Shown one piece after another: positions 18,424-26,173 of a DNA stretch of 64,000 nucleotides (its first letter is position 1; every line of letters begins with the position of its first letter). Source of the DNA: Armatimonadota bacterium (GTDB lineage Bacteria > Armatimonadota > Hebobacteria > CAIYQO01); assembly GCA_038248345.1 (NCBI GenBank), contig JBBRXO010000001.1:58769-122768 (forward strand), given 5' to 3'. The notes under the pieces are model-generated. The model saw nothing but the letters and a program-made list of their open reading frames with translations, had not been told where the DNA came from and did no database searches. The translations under genes and the position numbers were made by a program.

Positions 18424-19589
18424 TATACCGGGTTGACCGGGCTGCCATTGATGCGCAGCTCGTAGTGAAGATGCGGCCCGGTGGATTGTCCGGTGCTGCC
18501 GACATTACCGATGAACTGCCGAGAACTAACGGTCTGCCCTTCGCGGACACCGATAGACGACATATGCCCATAGAGGGTGACACGGTTATTGCCGTGGTCG
18601 ATCATCACGCAGTTGCCATATCCGCCTCGCCAGGAGGCGCAGATGACGACGCCAGCGCCCGCCGCATAAATAGGGGTGCCACTGGGAGCGCCGATGTCCA
18701 CGCCCGTGTGCATCTTATATACATGCAAAATAGGGTGCATCCGCATCCCGAAGGGGCTGCCGAGGCGGCCATTGCAGGGTAAATTCCCGCTTATGCTGGC
18801 ATTGCCACTATAGCGCACTCCGCCGCCACCAGATTTGGCCATATAGGCGCGTCGTTGTAATTCTGCAGTGATACTATTACTGGCATCCTCTTCTTTTTTT
18901 AAATCGGCTTCCGCAATCTTGGCATCAACTTGCACGGCGTTCAATTGTACGGATACCTGATTGCGTTGCTGGGTGGTACGCGCAGTTATCAGGGCTAGAT
19001 TGGCACGCGCCACCTCGGCTTCATTAGTCCTTTTCTCTACCAATGATACTTGCTGGGCCACGGCATCCTGCTTGGTTTTTAGATCAGCCAGTATTGCTTT
19101 GTCGCGATCCATCAGGAATTTGGCTAGATTCGCTCGCTGCAAGAGATCGCCGAAATCTTTGGAGGAGAGCAACAAGTCCATATATCCCTGGTCACCGCGC
19201 TCATAGATATGCACAAGCCGCGCTTTTGCTTCGGTACGTGCTTCTTCAAACTGCGTACGCACTGTTGCTAATTCCCGATTAGCCTGCTGCAATTCGTACT
19301 GAGCCCGCTGAAAGACTAACGTCGCCGCCTGCAGGTCATTCTTTTCCGCATCCAAGCGCGTCTGCACTGCGTTCAATTGTGACTGCGTCTGTGCCTCTTT
19401 GGCATGTAAGGCGTCTATCTTCTCCCGTTTCGCGTTCATGCTATTCTGAATAGCAGCACGCTTCTTTTGCAGCTCCTGCACCGAGGATGCGCCATAGAGC
19501 AATGCCGGGCCTAGCAGCGCAAAGATGAGTGTCAAAACAACTATCTGCGCTGGACGGGAATTAGTTTTTATCATATTCATCGGTATCAT
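18423..19589 (-). CDS. M23 family metallopeptidase with N-terminal coiled coil (EnvC-like)
   Basis: ORF track, 388 aa. There is a signal/anchor helix and then a long Q/A/E-rich coiled coil. The catalytic region reads HTGVDIGAPSGTPIYAAGAGVV...MIDHGNNRVTLYGHMSS...GSTGQSTGPHLHYELRING. Confidence 0.9.
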   Translation of the reverse strand: MIPMNMIKTNSRPAQIVVLTLIFALLGPALLYGASSVQELQKKRAAIQNSMNAKREKIDALHAKEAQTQSQLNAVQTRLDAEKNDLQAATLVFQRAQYELQQANRELATVRTQFEEARTEAKARLVHIYERGDQGYMDLLLSSKDFGDLLQRANLAKFLMDRDKAILADLKTKQDAVAQQVSLVEKRTNEAEVARANLALITARTTQQRNQVSVQLNAVQVDAKIAEADLKKEEDASNSITAELQRRAYMAKSGGGGVRYSGNASISGNLPCNGRLGSPFGMRMHPILHVYKMHTGVDIGAPSGTPIYAAGAGVVICASWRGGYGNCVMIDHGNNRVTLYGHMSSIGVREGQTVSSRQFIGNVGSTGQSTGPHLHYELRINGSPVNPV

Positions 19590-19708
19590 TATCTCCTACA
19601 AAACCATTCGGTTCTATCGGTTATCATGGGTGTAACCACACCACGATGAGTTTACTATACCACTGGAGCGAGTAGTCTGCAACATTTCGAGGATTATTGC
19701 GCAACGAA

Positions 19709-20656
19709 TCAAAAATGTGTGAACCCCCACGGAAGTTCAGTTTCCCCGTCTACGGCGCTCAACAAGAGCTCACTGCTCGCTGTCATTACCCCGATCCGGG
19801 TCACCTCCAGCGGTGCCAGCAAGGTGCGTAATTCGGCTTCGGCATCGGGGGAAGCGGTGAACATCAATTCAAAATCTTCTCCGCCCGTAAGAGCAAGTTT
19901 CAGTGGATCACCAGTGTTCAGCCAGCTACAGGCCTTGTTTACTACCGCAGCTATCGGGATTGCCTGCGAATCGATGCTAACCCCCACCCCGCTGGCGCGG
20001 CACATGCGGTGGATGTCCGTGGCCACACCATCGCTTAGATCCATCATCGCCGAGACTAATCCACTACACGCCAGCGCGCGCCCGGCGGCAAGTCGGGGTA
20101 TGGGGCGAAGTTGCCCGTCCACGGCATTCGCCATCTCAATGGGTATTTCACGCCCTGAATCCAGGAGTTGCAGGCCAGCGGCAGCACGACCGAGTGTTCC
20201 GGTAACATACAGGGCATCGCCGGCGCGGGCACCAACGCGGGTGAGCATTTCATCTGCCGCTACCCGGCCATGTACTGTCAGACTCAACACCAGCGGGCCG
20301 CTACTGCGTACGGTATCGCCACCGATGATATCCACCTTGGCTTCTCTTGCTAATTCCGCCATGCCGGTGTAAATCTGTTCTACCATTTCGGGGGTCACCG
20401 AATTCGGAATTGCGATAGCGATGACAGCATCAGTAGGAGTGCCGCCCATGGCGGCGATATCGGAGAGGTTCTGCGCCAACGCCTTCCACCCCAAAGCGGG
20501 CAAGTTGCGCCAGCTAAGGCGAAAATGGACATCTTCCATGAGCATATCAGTAGTGATCAGTAATAACTCGCCAGCAGGCAAAGCCACCGCGGCGGCGTCA
20601 TCCCCTATACTAAGGTATGTATGCTCTACTACCGGCAGCAACTTGGACAGGCGCAT
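19709..20656 (-). CDS. thiL: Thiamine-monophosphate kinase ThiL
   Basis: ORF track, 315 aa. IGDDAAAV...LLITTDMLMEDVHF...GWKALAQNLSDIAAMGGTP...GGD matches the AIR-synthase-related ThiL pattern. Confidence 0.88.
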   Translation of the reverse strand: MRLSKLLPVVEHTYLSIGDDAAAVALPAGELLLITTDMLMEDVHFRLSWRNLPALGWKALAQNLSDIAAMGGTPTDAVIAIAIPNSVTPEMVEQIYTGMAELAREAKVDIIGGDTVRSSGPLVLSLTVHGRVAADEMLTRVGARAGDALYVTGTLGRAAAGLQLLDSGREIPIEMANAVDGQLRPIPRLAAGRALACSGLVSAMMDLSDGVATDIHRMCRASGVGVSIDSQAIPIAAVVNKACSWLNTGDPLKLALTGGEDFELMFTASPDAEAELRTLLAPLEVTRIGVMTASSELLLSAVDGETELPWGFTHF

Positions 20657-20697
20657 GATCAGCGCGTCCTCACCGGAACTATCGTTGTCACGCGTGG

Positions 20698-21147
20698 CTA
20701 TTGTTTTGCCTCTGGTCCCAGATAAACGATCTTCCAGACGCCGTTAGTCTCTTTCAGATACATGCGGATACTGCCCTCAAAGCCGACGGAGGCAATGCCG
20801 GAAGGACGATCAATACTGGGGCCATTCTGGTCAAGCTTCAATGTAGTCAATTGCTTGTTCGTCCATTCATATTTGTTGGTACGAGAAAAGGCCGCATCCG
20901 GGATGATTGCCCCACCCTGGCAGTTCATATTCGTCAGCCTGCCATTGGCGGTTTTGACAATGGTAATAAACGCCGGGTCAACCAGTTTTTCCACCGCGGC
21001 GCCATCTTCATCTTTCACCGCTTGCGTAAAACTGCTAATTACTAATACCGCTGGTTCTTTTTTTACCGCGTTAGAGGAAAACATAGCAAACCCCACCGCC
21101 ACCAGCAAAATAGCTCCGAAAACAACAACAATAGTCCATGAACGCAT
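20698..21147 (-). CDS. Membrane-anchored hypothetical protein (NTF2/DUF4878-like guess)
   Basis: ORF track, 149 aa. GGAGGA SD, N-terminal TM helix MRSWTIVVVFGAILLVAVGFAMF. No confident family assignment. Confidence 0.6.
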   Translation of the reverse strand: MRSWTIVVVFGAILLVAVGFAMFSSNAVKKEPAVLVISSFTQAVKDEDGAAVEKLVDPAFITIVKTANGRLTNMNCQGGAIIPDAAFSRTNKYEWTNKQLTTLKLDQNGPSIDRPSGIASVGFEGSIRMYLKETNGVWKIVYLGPEAKQ

Positions 21148-21244
21148 AATAGATCCTCCACTAGATGATCGCTACGACTATTATAGCGCAAACCGGCGTA
21201 TACGGGGAATATGGGGAGCAGCGGAATGTTGTTGCCATGCGCGT

Positions 21245-21273
21245 ATGACAAATGGCACACGTTATGTTCTAAT
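21245..21273 (+). promoter_or_regulatory. Candidate promoter and operator of the TacA/TacT-like pair
   Basis: ATGACA (21245-21250), a 17-nt spacer, and TCTAAT (21268-21273), about 19 nt before ATG 21292. The inverted repeat TGCCAT (21233-21238) / ATGGCA (21252-21257) flanks the -35 hexamer. Confidence 0.35.
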
Positions 21274-21291
21274 ACTAGCGAGGTTGAAGAT

Positions 21292-21597
21292 ATGAGCGCC
21301 GTTGCTACAAAAACAGAACGATTGTCCTGCCGGATAACCCCCGAGCATAAGCGTTTGCTGGAGCATGTGGCCGCCCGGCACGGGATGAACGTGAGCGATT
21401 ACTTCATCACATTGGCAGTTGAGTATGCAAACCGTGAGTTGACCGATGAACTTGTCATCAGGGTTCCGCGTGCAGAATGGGATAATCTGTTAACTTCATT
21501 GGAATCCGGCTCTGGCCCCAATGAGAAACTCAAGGCCGCTGCTCGTGAATTTGCCGCTGGCGCTTTTGATGGTGATGTATATCATGCTCCAGATTGA
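21292..21597 (+). CDS. DUF1778 (TacA-like, RHH) antitoxin
   Basis: ORF track 21211..21597. I place the start at ATG 21292, after GAGG. MSAVATKTERLSCRITPEHKRLLEHVAARHGMNVSDYFITLAVEYANREL is the DUF1778 pattern. It overlaps the downstream GNAT gene by 14 nt. Confidence 0.85.
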   Translation: MSAVATKTERLSCRITPEHKRLLEHVAARHGMNVSDYFITLAVEYANRELTDELVIRVPRAEWDNLLTSLESGSGPNEKLKAAAREFAAGAFDGDVYHAPD

Positions 21598-22078
21598 ACG
21601 CCTTGAGGTTGCCCGCCATGATCGGAAGTCATTCGATTGCGGACAGCCGTCATTGAATACCTTTCTAAGCCAGTACGCTCGACAGTTTGGTGAGAAAAAC
21701 GTTGGGGTGACCTGGGTTGCCGTTGATAATGCAGCGCCAGCAAAAATTATCGGTTACTACAACTTGAACGACGGCGCACTAATCCCTGATGACTTGCCAC
21801 TGGCTAATAATGCGCTTCCACAAGTACCTATCATACTGCTGGGGCGTCTGGCGGTAGACCAGACCGCCCAAGGAAGGGGAATAGGGCGTATGTTACTCCT
21901 GCACGCCTTGCACCACGCCCATTACTTCTCTACCCAAATTGGCGTCCATGCCGTAGTTGTCGATGCACTGAACGATAGTGCCCGCGATTTCTATCAACAA
22001 TACGGCTTTCAGCCCCTCCCCAACAACCCATTCCGCATGTATCTGAGCATATGCGATATAGCGAAATTGGACTGGTAA
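21584..22078 (+). CDS. GNAT acetyltransferase toxin (TacT-like)
   Basis: ORF track 21521..22078. The likely start is ATG 21584 (MLQIERLEVARHDRKSFDCGQPSLNTFL...). PIILLGRLAVDQTAQGRGIGRMLLLHAL...VVVDALNDSARDFYQQYGF is the typical TacT-family acetyl-CoA site. Confidence 0.85.
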   Translation: MLQIERLEVARHDRKSFDCGQPSLNTFLSQYARQFGEKNVGVTWVAVDNAAPAKIIGYYNLNDGALIPDDLPLANNALPQVPIILLGRLAVDQTAQGRGIGRMLLLHALHHAHYFSTQIGVHAVVVDALNDSARDFYQQYGFQPLPNNPFRMYLSICDIAKLDW

Positions 22079-22136
22079 TTTCCCTCACTGGGGGCGCACG
22101 CTCCCAGCGGGCCCCGTAGCAAGGGCCGTTGTCTTA

Positions 22137-22295
22137 GAACCATGATTCGCCTGATTAGCGGATTGGCATGAAGATCATGCCTCTGCTATTGAATAGCGCA
22201 TCGTTGAGTGTAGGAAAAACCATTACTGCTGAGGCCATCCAATGGTGATGACAAATAGCACAGCAATAATCCTTTAATCGGGCGAATCAAGGTTC
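22137..22295. repeat. 20-nt inverted repeat pair enclosing ~119 nt inside a 386-bp intergenic region
   Basis: GAACCATGATTCGCCTGATT (22137-22156) matches the reverse complement of AATCGGGCGAATCAAGGTTC (22276-22295) at 18 of 20 positions. The interior contains a GGCATGA-AGA-TCATGCC hairpin and the palindrome GCTATTgAATAGC. Confidence 0.5.
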
Positions 22296-22464
22296 AGGCA
22301 AAATGAACCGCTTCCCCTTTCTGTGTCCTCTGTGCCTCTGTGTTGAATAATAATCACATTCAACCAACATCTAGCAGGAATCTCCCTCCCGCTGTCGTAA
22401 TTATAGAGTTATAAGCATTTTAACCGGGGAAAACAGCCGGTAAATAAACATTCGGGAGGATATT

Positions 22465-23961
22465 ATGCGTACTACCCCTATCGGCATCGCCATGCTCAAT
22501 GACGAACGCCCGCACGTGTTCAAAATCAACAACGAAGCCAACATGGTTGTCGTTAACAAGTGGGCGGATATTATCCGCGCCAATGTGAAGAACATTGACG
22601 GCAGCGCGCCGGAGATCATCATCGGCTCGCAGACCATCAACAACCCCATCGCCGCGCAGAAGGTGGGCGAGGAGCTGGTGCGCGCCGGTTGCCGCTCTAT
22701 CATCATGTGCTACAACGTGTGGGATTACCCCTACCTGGCGTGGCCCTTCATCAACACCGTGGGCAAGGACAAGCCCATCCTCTCGCTCTCCAACAACAAC
22801 GGCGAGTTCCCCGGCAATGTCGGCCTGCTCGCCTCGGACGGCGCATTGCGCCAAGGTGGCGTGAAGACGCACCGCATCGTCGGTGACATGGATGACCCCG
22901 GTACCCTGTCTGAAGTCTTCGACTGGGTACGCGCCGCACAGGCCGTCACCTGTATGAAGAACGAGGTCTACGGCTCCTACGGCGCGCACAGCATGGGCAT
23001 GGAGACGGGGTACTTCAACCTCTCCGGCACCCAGAAAGTCCTTGGCACCACCCTCTACAGCATCGACCAGTATCAACTGGTACTGATGGCCGAAGCTATG
23101 CCCGCAGCGGAAGTCAAAAAAGGTATGGACTGGCTCAAAGAGATGCTGGGTGACCGCATCCTCTGGGACGGCGATGTCCTCACCGAGGAAACGTTGGGGC
23201 GCCAAATCCGCATCTACCTGGCCATGAAGCAGCTCAATGAAGAGTACGGTTTCGGTTCCTGCGGCCTCAAAGGCCAGCGCGAACTCACCGAGAACTACAC
23301 CCTCGGCGACATTCCCGAGATGTTGATGAACGACCCCTACGACTGGTTCGGTCCGAAAGAGCCTATGGTCTGCGCCACCGAAGCTGACGCCAACGCCGCC
23401 CTTACCATGCAAATGCTCAAATATGTCACCGGCGGACTCCCCGGCCTCTTCATGGACGTACGTCTCTATCTGCCGGAACTTGGCATATGGGACTTCTGCA
23501 ACTCCGGCAATCATGCCTCGTGGTACGCTGAGCGCAGCTTCGATCCGAAGGAGAACTTCAAGAAGATTACCTTCCACCCGGCGCTGAAATATTACTTTAA
23601 AGCTGGCGGCGCTTCCATGTCCTTCGACGCCAAGCCCGGCCAGATGACCTTCGCCCGGCTGGGTTTCTACGACGAGAAGCCATTCATGTATATCACGCTG
23701 GGCGACGTCATGGAACTGCCCGCCGAGAAGCGCGCCGAAATCAACGCCAGCACCAACCCAACCTGGCCGCATGTACATGCCAAGCTGGGCGGCACCATCG
23801 ACGATTTCATCACCCTCTTCCCAGCCAACCACATCCAGGCCGCCCCCGGTGACCTGGTGCGCCCGCTGACGCAAATCTGCGAGATCACCGGCATCACCCC
23901 CATAATCGTCGGCGAAGGCGCTGACAAACGCATCGCCCCGATCTGGGAACGGGTGAAATAG
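22465..23961 (+). CDS. L-fucose isomerase family protein (short, ~500-aa form)
   Basis: ORF track, 498 aa, with GGGAGGA SD. CATEADANAALTMQMLKYVTGG..LFMDVRLYL, NPTWPHVHAKLGG and ANHIQAAPGD align by eye with E. coli FucI segments [20 protein letters not shown]...FADVRTYW, NSTWPTTWFAPRL and ANHGVLTIGH (from memory). Confidence 0.8.
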   Translation: MRTTPIGIAMLNDERPHVFKINNEANMVVVNKWADIIRANVKNIDGSAPEIIIGSQTINNPIAAQKVGEELVRAGCRSIIMCYNVWDYPYLAWPFINTVGKDKPILSLSNNNGEFPGNVGLLASDGALRQGGVKTHRIVGDMDDPGTLSEVFDWVRAAQAVTCMKNEVYGSYGAHSMGMETGYFNLSGTQKVLGTTLYSIDQYQLVLMAEAMPAAEVKKGMDWLKEMLGDRILWDGDVLTEETLGRQIRIYLAMKQLNEEYGFGSCGLKGQRELTENYTLGDIPEMLMNDPYDWFGPKEPMVCATEADANAALTMQMLKYVTGGLPGLFMDVRLYLPELGIWDFCNSGNHASWYAERSFDPKENFKKITFHPALKYYFKAGGASMSFDAKPGQMTFARLGFYDEKPFMYITLGDVMELPAEKRAEINASTNPTWPHVHAKLGGTIDDFITLFPANHIQAAPGDLVRPLTQICEITGITPIIVGEGADKRIAPIWERVK

Positions 23962-23962
23962 A

Positions 23963-24012
23963 CCTAACCCCCATCCCCTTCCCGGCGCGGGAAGGGGTGC
24001 CGGGGGGTTAGG
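23963..24012 (+). terminator. Nested GC-rich palindrome just after the fucose-isomerase-like gene (hairpin, no U-tract)
   Basis: The outer stem pairs CCTAACCCCC (23963-23972) with GGGGGTTAGG (24003-24012). The inner stem pairs CCCCTTCCCG (23975-23984) with CGGGAAGGGG (23988-23997). It starts 2 nt after the TAG stop. Confidence 0.55.
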
Positions 24013-24033
24013 TAATCTTCCGGCATACGTCCT

Positions 24034-24061
24034 ACATTGAACATTGAACGTTAAACATTGA
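24034..24061 (+). repeat. Three copies of heptamer ACATTGA overlapping the TTG start of the PLP enzyme gene
   Basis: ACATTGA occurs at 24034-24040, 24041-24047 and 24055-24061. The last copy contains the TTG start codon (24058-24060). Confidence 0.6.
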
Positions 24062-25248
24062 ACAATAACACCCCCGACACCCCCCCATACGGCGAAACCA
24101 CCCGCGCTATCCACGCGGGGCAGGAGCCTGACGCTGCCTTTGGTGCGCTGGCCACGCCTATTTATCAGACGGCATCCTTCGCCTATGACTCGGTGGAGCA
24201 GGCCATCGCCCGCTCGGTGCATCTGGAGGAGGGTTACAACTACACGCGCGTGGCCAACCCCACTATCGATGCACTGGAGCATAAACTGGCCGACCTTGAT
24301 GGCGCCGAGGAATGTATCGCCTTTGCCAGCGGCATGGGAGCAATTGCCGGGACCTTCCTGGGCTTATGCGGCTCCGGCGATCATGTTATCTGCGGAGTAA
24401 ATATCTACGGGGCGACACAAGGGCTGCTCACCACCGTACTACAACGTTGGAACCTGCAGGTTACCTTTGTCGATGCGCGCGAACCGAGTAATATCGCCCG
24501 CGCCATCGGCCCGGATACCCGCCTCATCTACCTGGAAAGCCCCTCCAATCCCAGCCTGCAACTGGTAGACCTGGTGGCGGTGGCGCAACTCGCGCACGAC
24601 CGCGGCATCATCAGCGTCATCGACAACACCTTCGCCGGGTCATCAAATCAGCAACCCCTCAAGCACGGCATTGATGTCGTCATCTACAGTGCCACCAAGT
24701 ATATCAGCGGGCACGGCGACACCCTCGGCGGGGCGGTGCTGGGCAATGCACACCAGCTGCGGCGCATCCGCCAGGCGCAGATTCTGGTCGGCGCTACCAT
24801 CAGCCCTTTTAACGCCTTCCTCTTATTACGGGGGCTGCAGACGCTGCCATTACGCATGCGCCAGCATAATGCCAACGCCATGGCTGTGGCGCGCTGGCTG
24901 CAGGCGAACCCGGCTGTGCCCGAGACCATCTACCCGGGATTAGAGAGCCACCCGCAGCACGAGCTGGCGAAGACGCAGATGTCCGGCTTTGGCGGCGTAG
25001 TCTGCTTTGATATGGGCAATGATGACGCCGCCCGCGCCGTGCAGAACGCCACCAAACTCATCACCATCGCCAGCAGCCTAGGCGATGTAAAGTCGCTCAT
25101 CTCGCAGCCAGTCCACTTAAGCCACCGTTACCTTACTCCCGAAGAGCGCAAATTCGCCGGCGTCACCCCTGGATTGGTACGTCTCTCCGTTGGGCTGGAG
25201 GATGTGGAGGATATCATTGCTGATCTGGATGGGGCGATAGGTTCCTAG
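24058..25248 (+). CDS. Cys/Met-metabolism PLP-dependent enzyme (methionine gamma-lyase / cystathionine gamma-synthase family)
   Basis: ORF track, 396 aa. TRAIHAG near the N-terminus and the PLP-lysine motif YSATKYISGHGDTLGG. The only available start is TTG 24058, because an in-frame TAA lies two codons upstream. No obvious SD. Confidence 0.88.
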   Translation: MNNNTPDTPPYGETTRAIHAGQEPDAAFGALATPIYQTASFAYDSVEQAIARSVHLEEGYNYTRVANPTIDALEHKLADLDGAEECIAFASGMGAIAGTFLGLCGSGDHVICGVNIYGATQGLLTTVLQRWNLQVTFVDAREPSNIARAIGPDTRLIYLESPSNPSLQLVDLVAVAQLAHDRGIISVIDNTFAGSSNQQPLKHGIDVVIYSATKYISGHGDTLGGAVLGNAHQLRRIRQAQILVGATISPFNAFLLLRGLQTLPLRMRQHNANAMAVARWLQANPAVPETIYPGLESHPQHELAKTQMSGFGGVVCFDMGNDDAARAVQNATKLITIASSLGDVKSLISQPVHLSHRYLTPEERKFAGVTPGLVRLSVGLEDVEDIIADLDGAIGS

Positions 25249-25293
25249 TTCCTAGTATATTTCTAAGTCGAAGGCAAGGAAAGGATTTATCTC

Positions 25294-26028
25294 ATGGATC
25301 ACTTCGCCCAACTAGCGGCAACATACGACATACTCATCGACTGGCCCACCCGGCTGGCGCGGGAGCGTCCATTTTTCGCCGGGCTTATCGACGGCAGGGA
25401 CAAAGTGCTGGATGTCGGCTGCGGCACCGGGCACCATTGCCGCATGTTCACCGAGTTGGGCGCAGAAACGCTGGGAATTGACCCCAGTGCCCCGATGCTG
25501 GAGCAAGCGCACGCTCTCACCAGCCGGGATAATCCGCGCTTTCAGGCAGGTGGGCTAGGCGATATCGCTCTGCTGGGCGAAAAGTTTGATCTCATCACCA
25601 TCATCGGCAATACCCTCTCCTACGTCAGCGCGGCCGCCATGCTGGTACGCACATTACGCAGTGGATTTAAAACGCTCGCTCCCGGTGGGTGCCTAGTGAC
25701 ACAGACCATCAACTATGACCGGCTACTACTGGAAGGCAACCTACGCTTCCCCCTCATCGCCCGCCAACACGAAGGGGCGGACTACCTCTACCTGCGCGAA
25801 TACCGCCTGCTAAAAAAACGTGCCGAATTCACCGTCCAACGCCTGAACAACGCCAGCGGCTGGAGCTACGAACTAGAACGCAGCACCCACTACCCCATCA
25901 GGAGCACCCGCCTGGCTACAATGGCCCTGCGTGCAGGATTCAGTAAGGTTAATATCTATGGCGATTATGAACGGGGGGAGTTTAAGGCGGAGAGTTCCGG
26001 GAGTATTATTATGGTGGCGGCGAAGTAG
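25294..26028 (+). CDS. Class I SAM-dependent methyltransferase
   Basis: ORF track, 244 aa. Motif I VLDVGCGTGHHCRMF...LGIDPSAPMLEQA. AAGGAAAGGA lies upstream. Confidence 0.85.
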   Translation: MDHFAQLAATYDILIDWPTRLARERPFFAGLIDGRDKVLDVGCGTGHHCRMFTELGAETLGIDPSAPMLEQAHALTSRDNPRFQAGGLGDIALLGEKFDLITIIGNTLSYVSAAAMLVRTLRSGFKTLAPGGCLVTQTINYDRLLLEGNLRFPLIARQHEGADYLYLREYRLLKKRAEFTVQRLNNASGWSYELERSTHYPIRSTRLATMALRAGFSKVNIYGDYERGEFKAESSGSIIMVAAK

Positions 26029-26103
26029 GTTATCAGAAAGTACTCCCTAACCCACCGAGCTGGTGCCAAATTTAATACGCGCTGATGCGGGTAAATACCA
26101 TTC

Positions 26104-26124
26104 AATATTGCCCTGAAGGGCAAT
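26104..26124. repeat. Small hairpin ATTGCCC-TGAA-GGGCAAT; its 17-mer recurs at 49584-49600
   Basis: AATATTGCCCTGAAGGG (26104-26120) is the exact reverse complement of 49584-49600. The core CCCTGAAGGG/CCTTCAGGG is also present twice inside MITE-like copy A. Confidence 0.6.
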
Positions 26125-26173
26125 TACCCCCAAACCGTTTATGTTACAAACGATCTGGGGGTTAGGTATACTT

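Noticed and set aside
18894-18901. A8/T8 runs inside the M23 peptidase gene and T8 inside the small membrane protein gene (32460-32467) as phase-variation sites
   Set aside because: A/T runs of 7-8 nt occur several times in this window, including in housekeeping genes, and encode ordinary Lys or Phe stretches. They are not distinctive enough.
19590-19708. Riboswitch check upstream of thiL, the PLP Met/Cys gene and other biosynthetic genes (TPP, SAM, cobalamin motifs), plus a scan of all spacers for tRNA T-loop and rRNA-like sequence
   Set aside because: I could not find the conserved cores (for example the TPP CUGAGA/ACCUGA elements, SAM-I helices or the B12 box) or GGTTCGAATCC-like T-loops by eye. 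A covariance-model scan would be needed for a definitive negative.
22420-24282. 620-aa minus-strand ORF covering the fucose-isomerase-like gene, the intergenic palindrome and the start of the PLP enzyme gene
   Set aside because: It is antisense to two genes with clear family signatures. Its composition is the typical G/V/A/D/H/L-rich, Lys-poor shadow of a high-GC3 gene. It has no SD and reads straight through a REP-like hairpin. It is most likely a non-coding antisense ORF kept open by the sense gene's codon bias.
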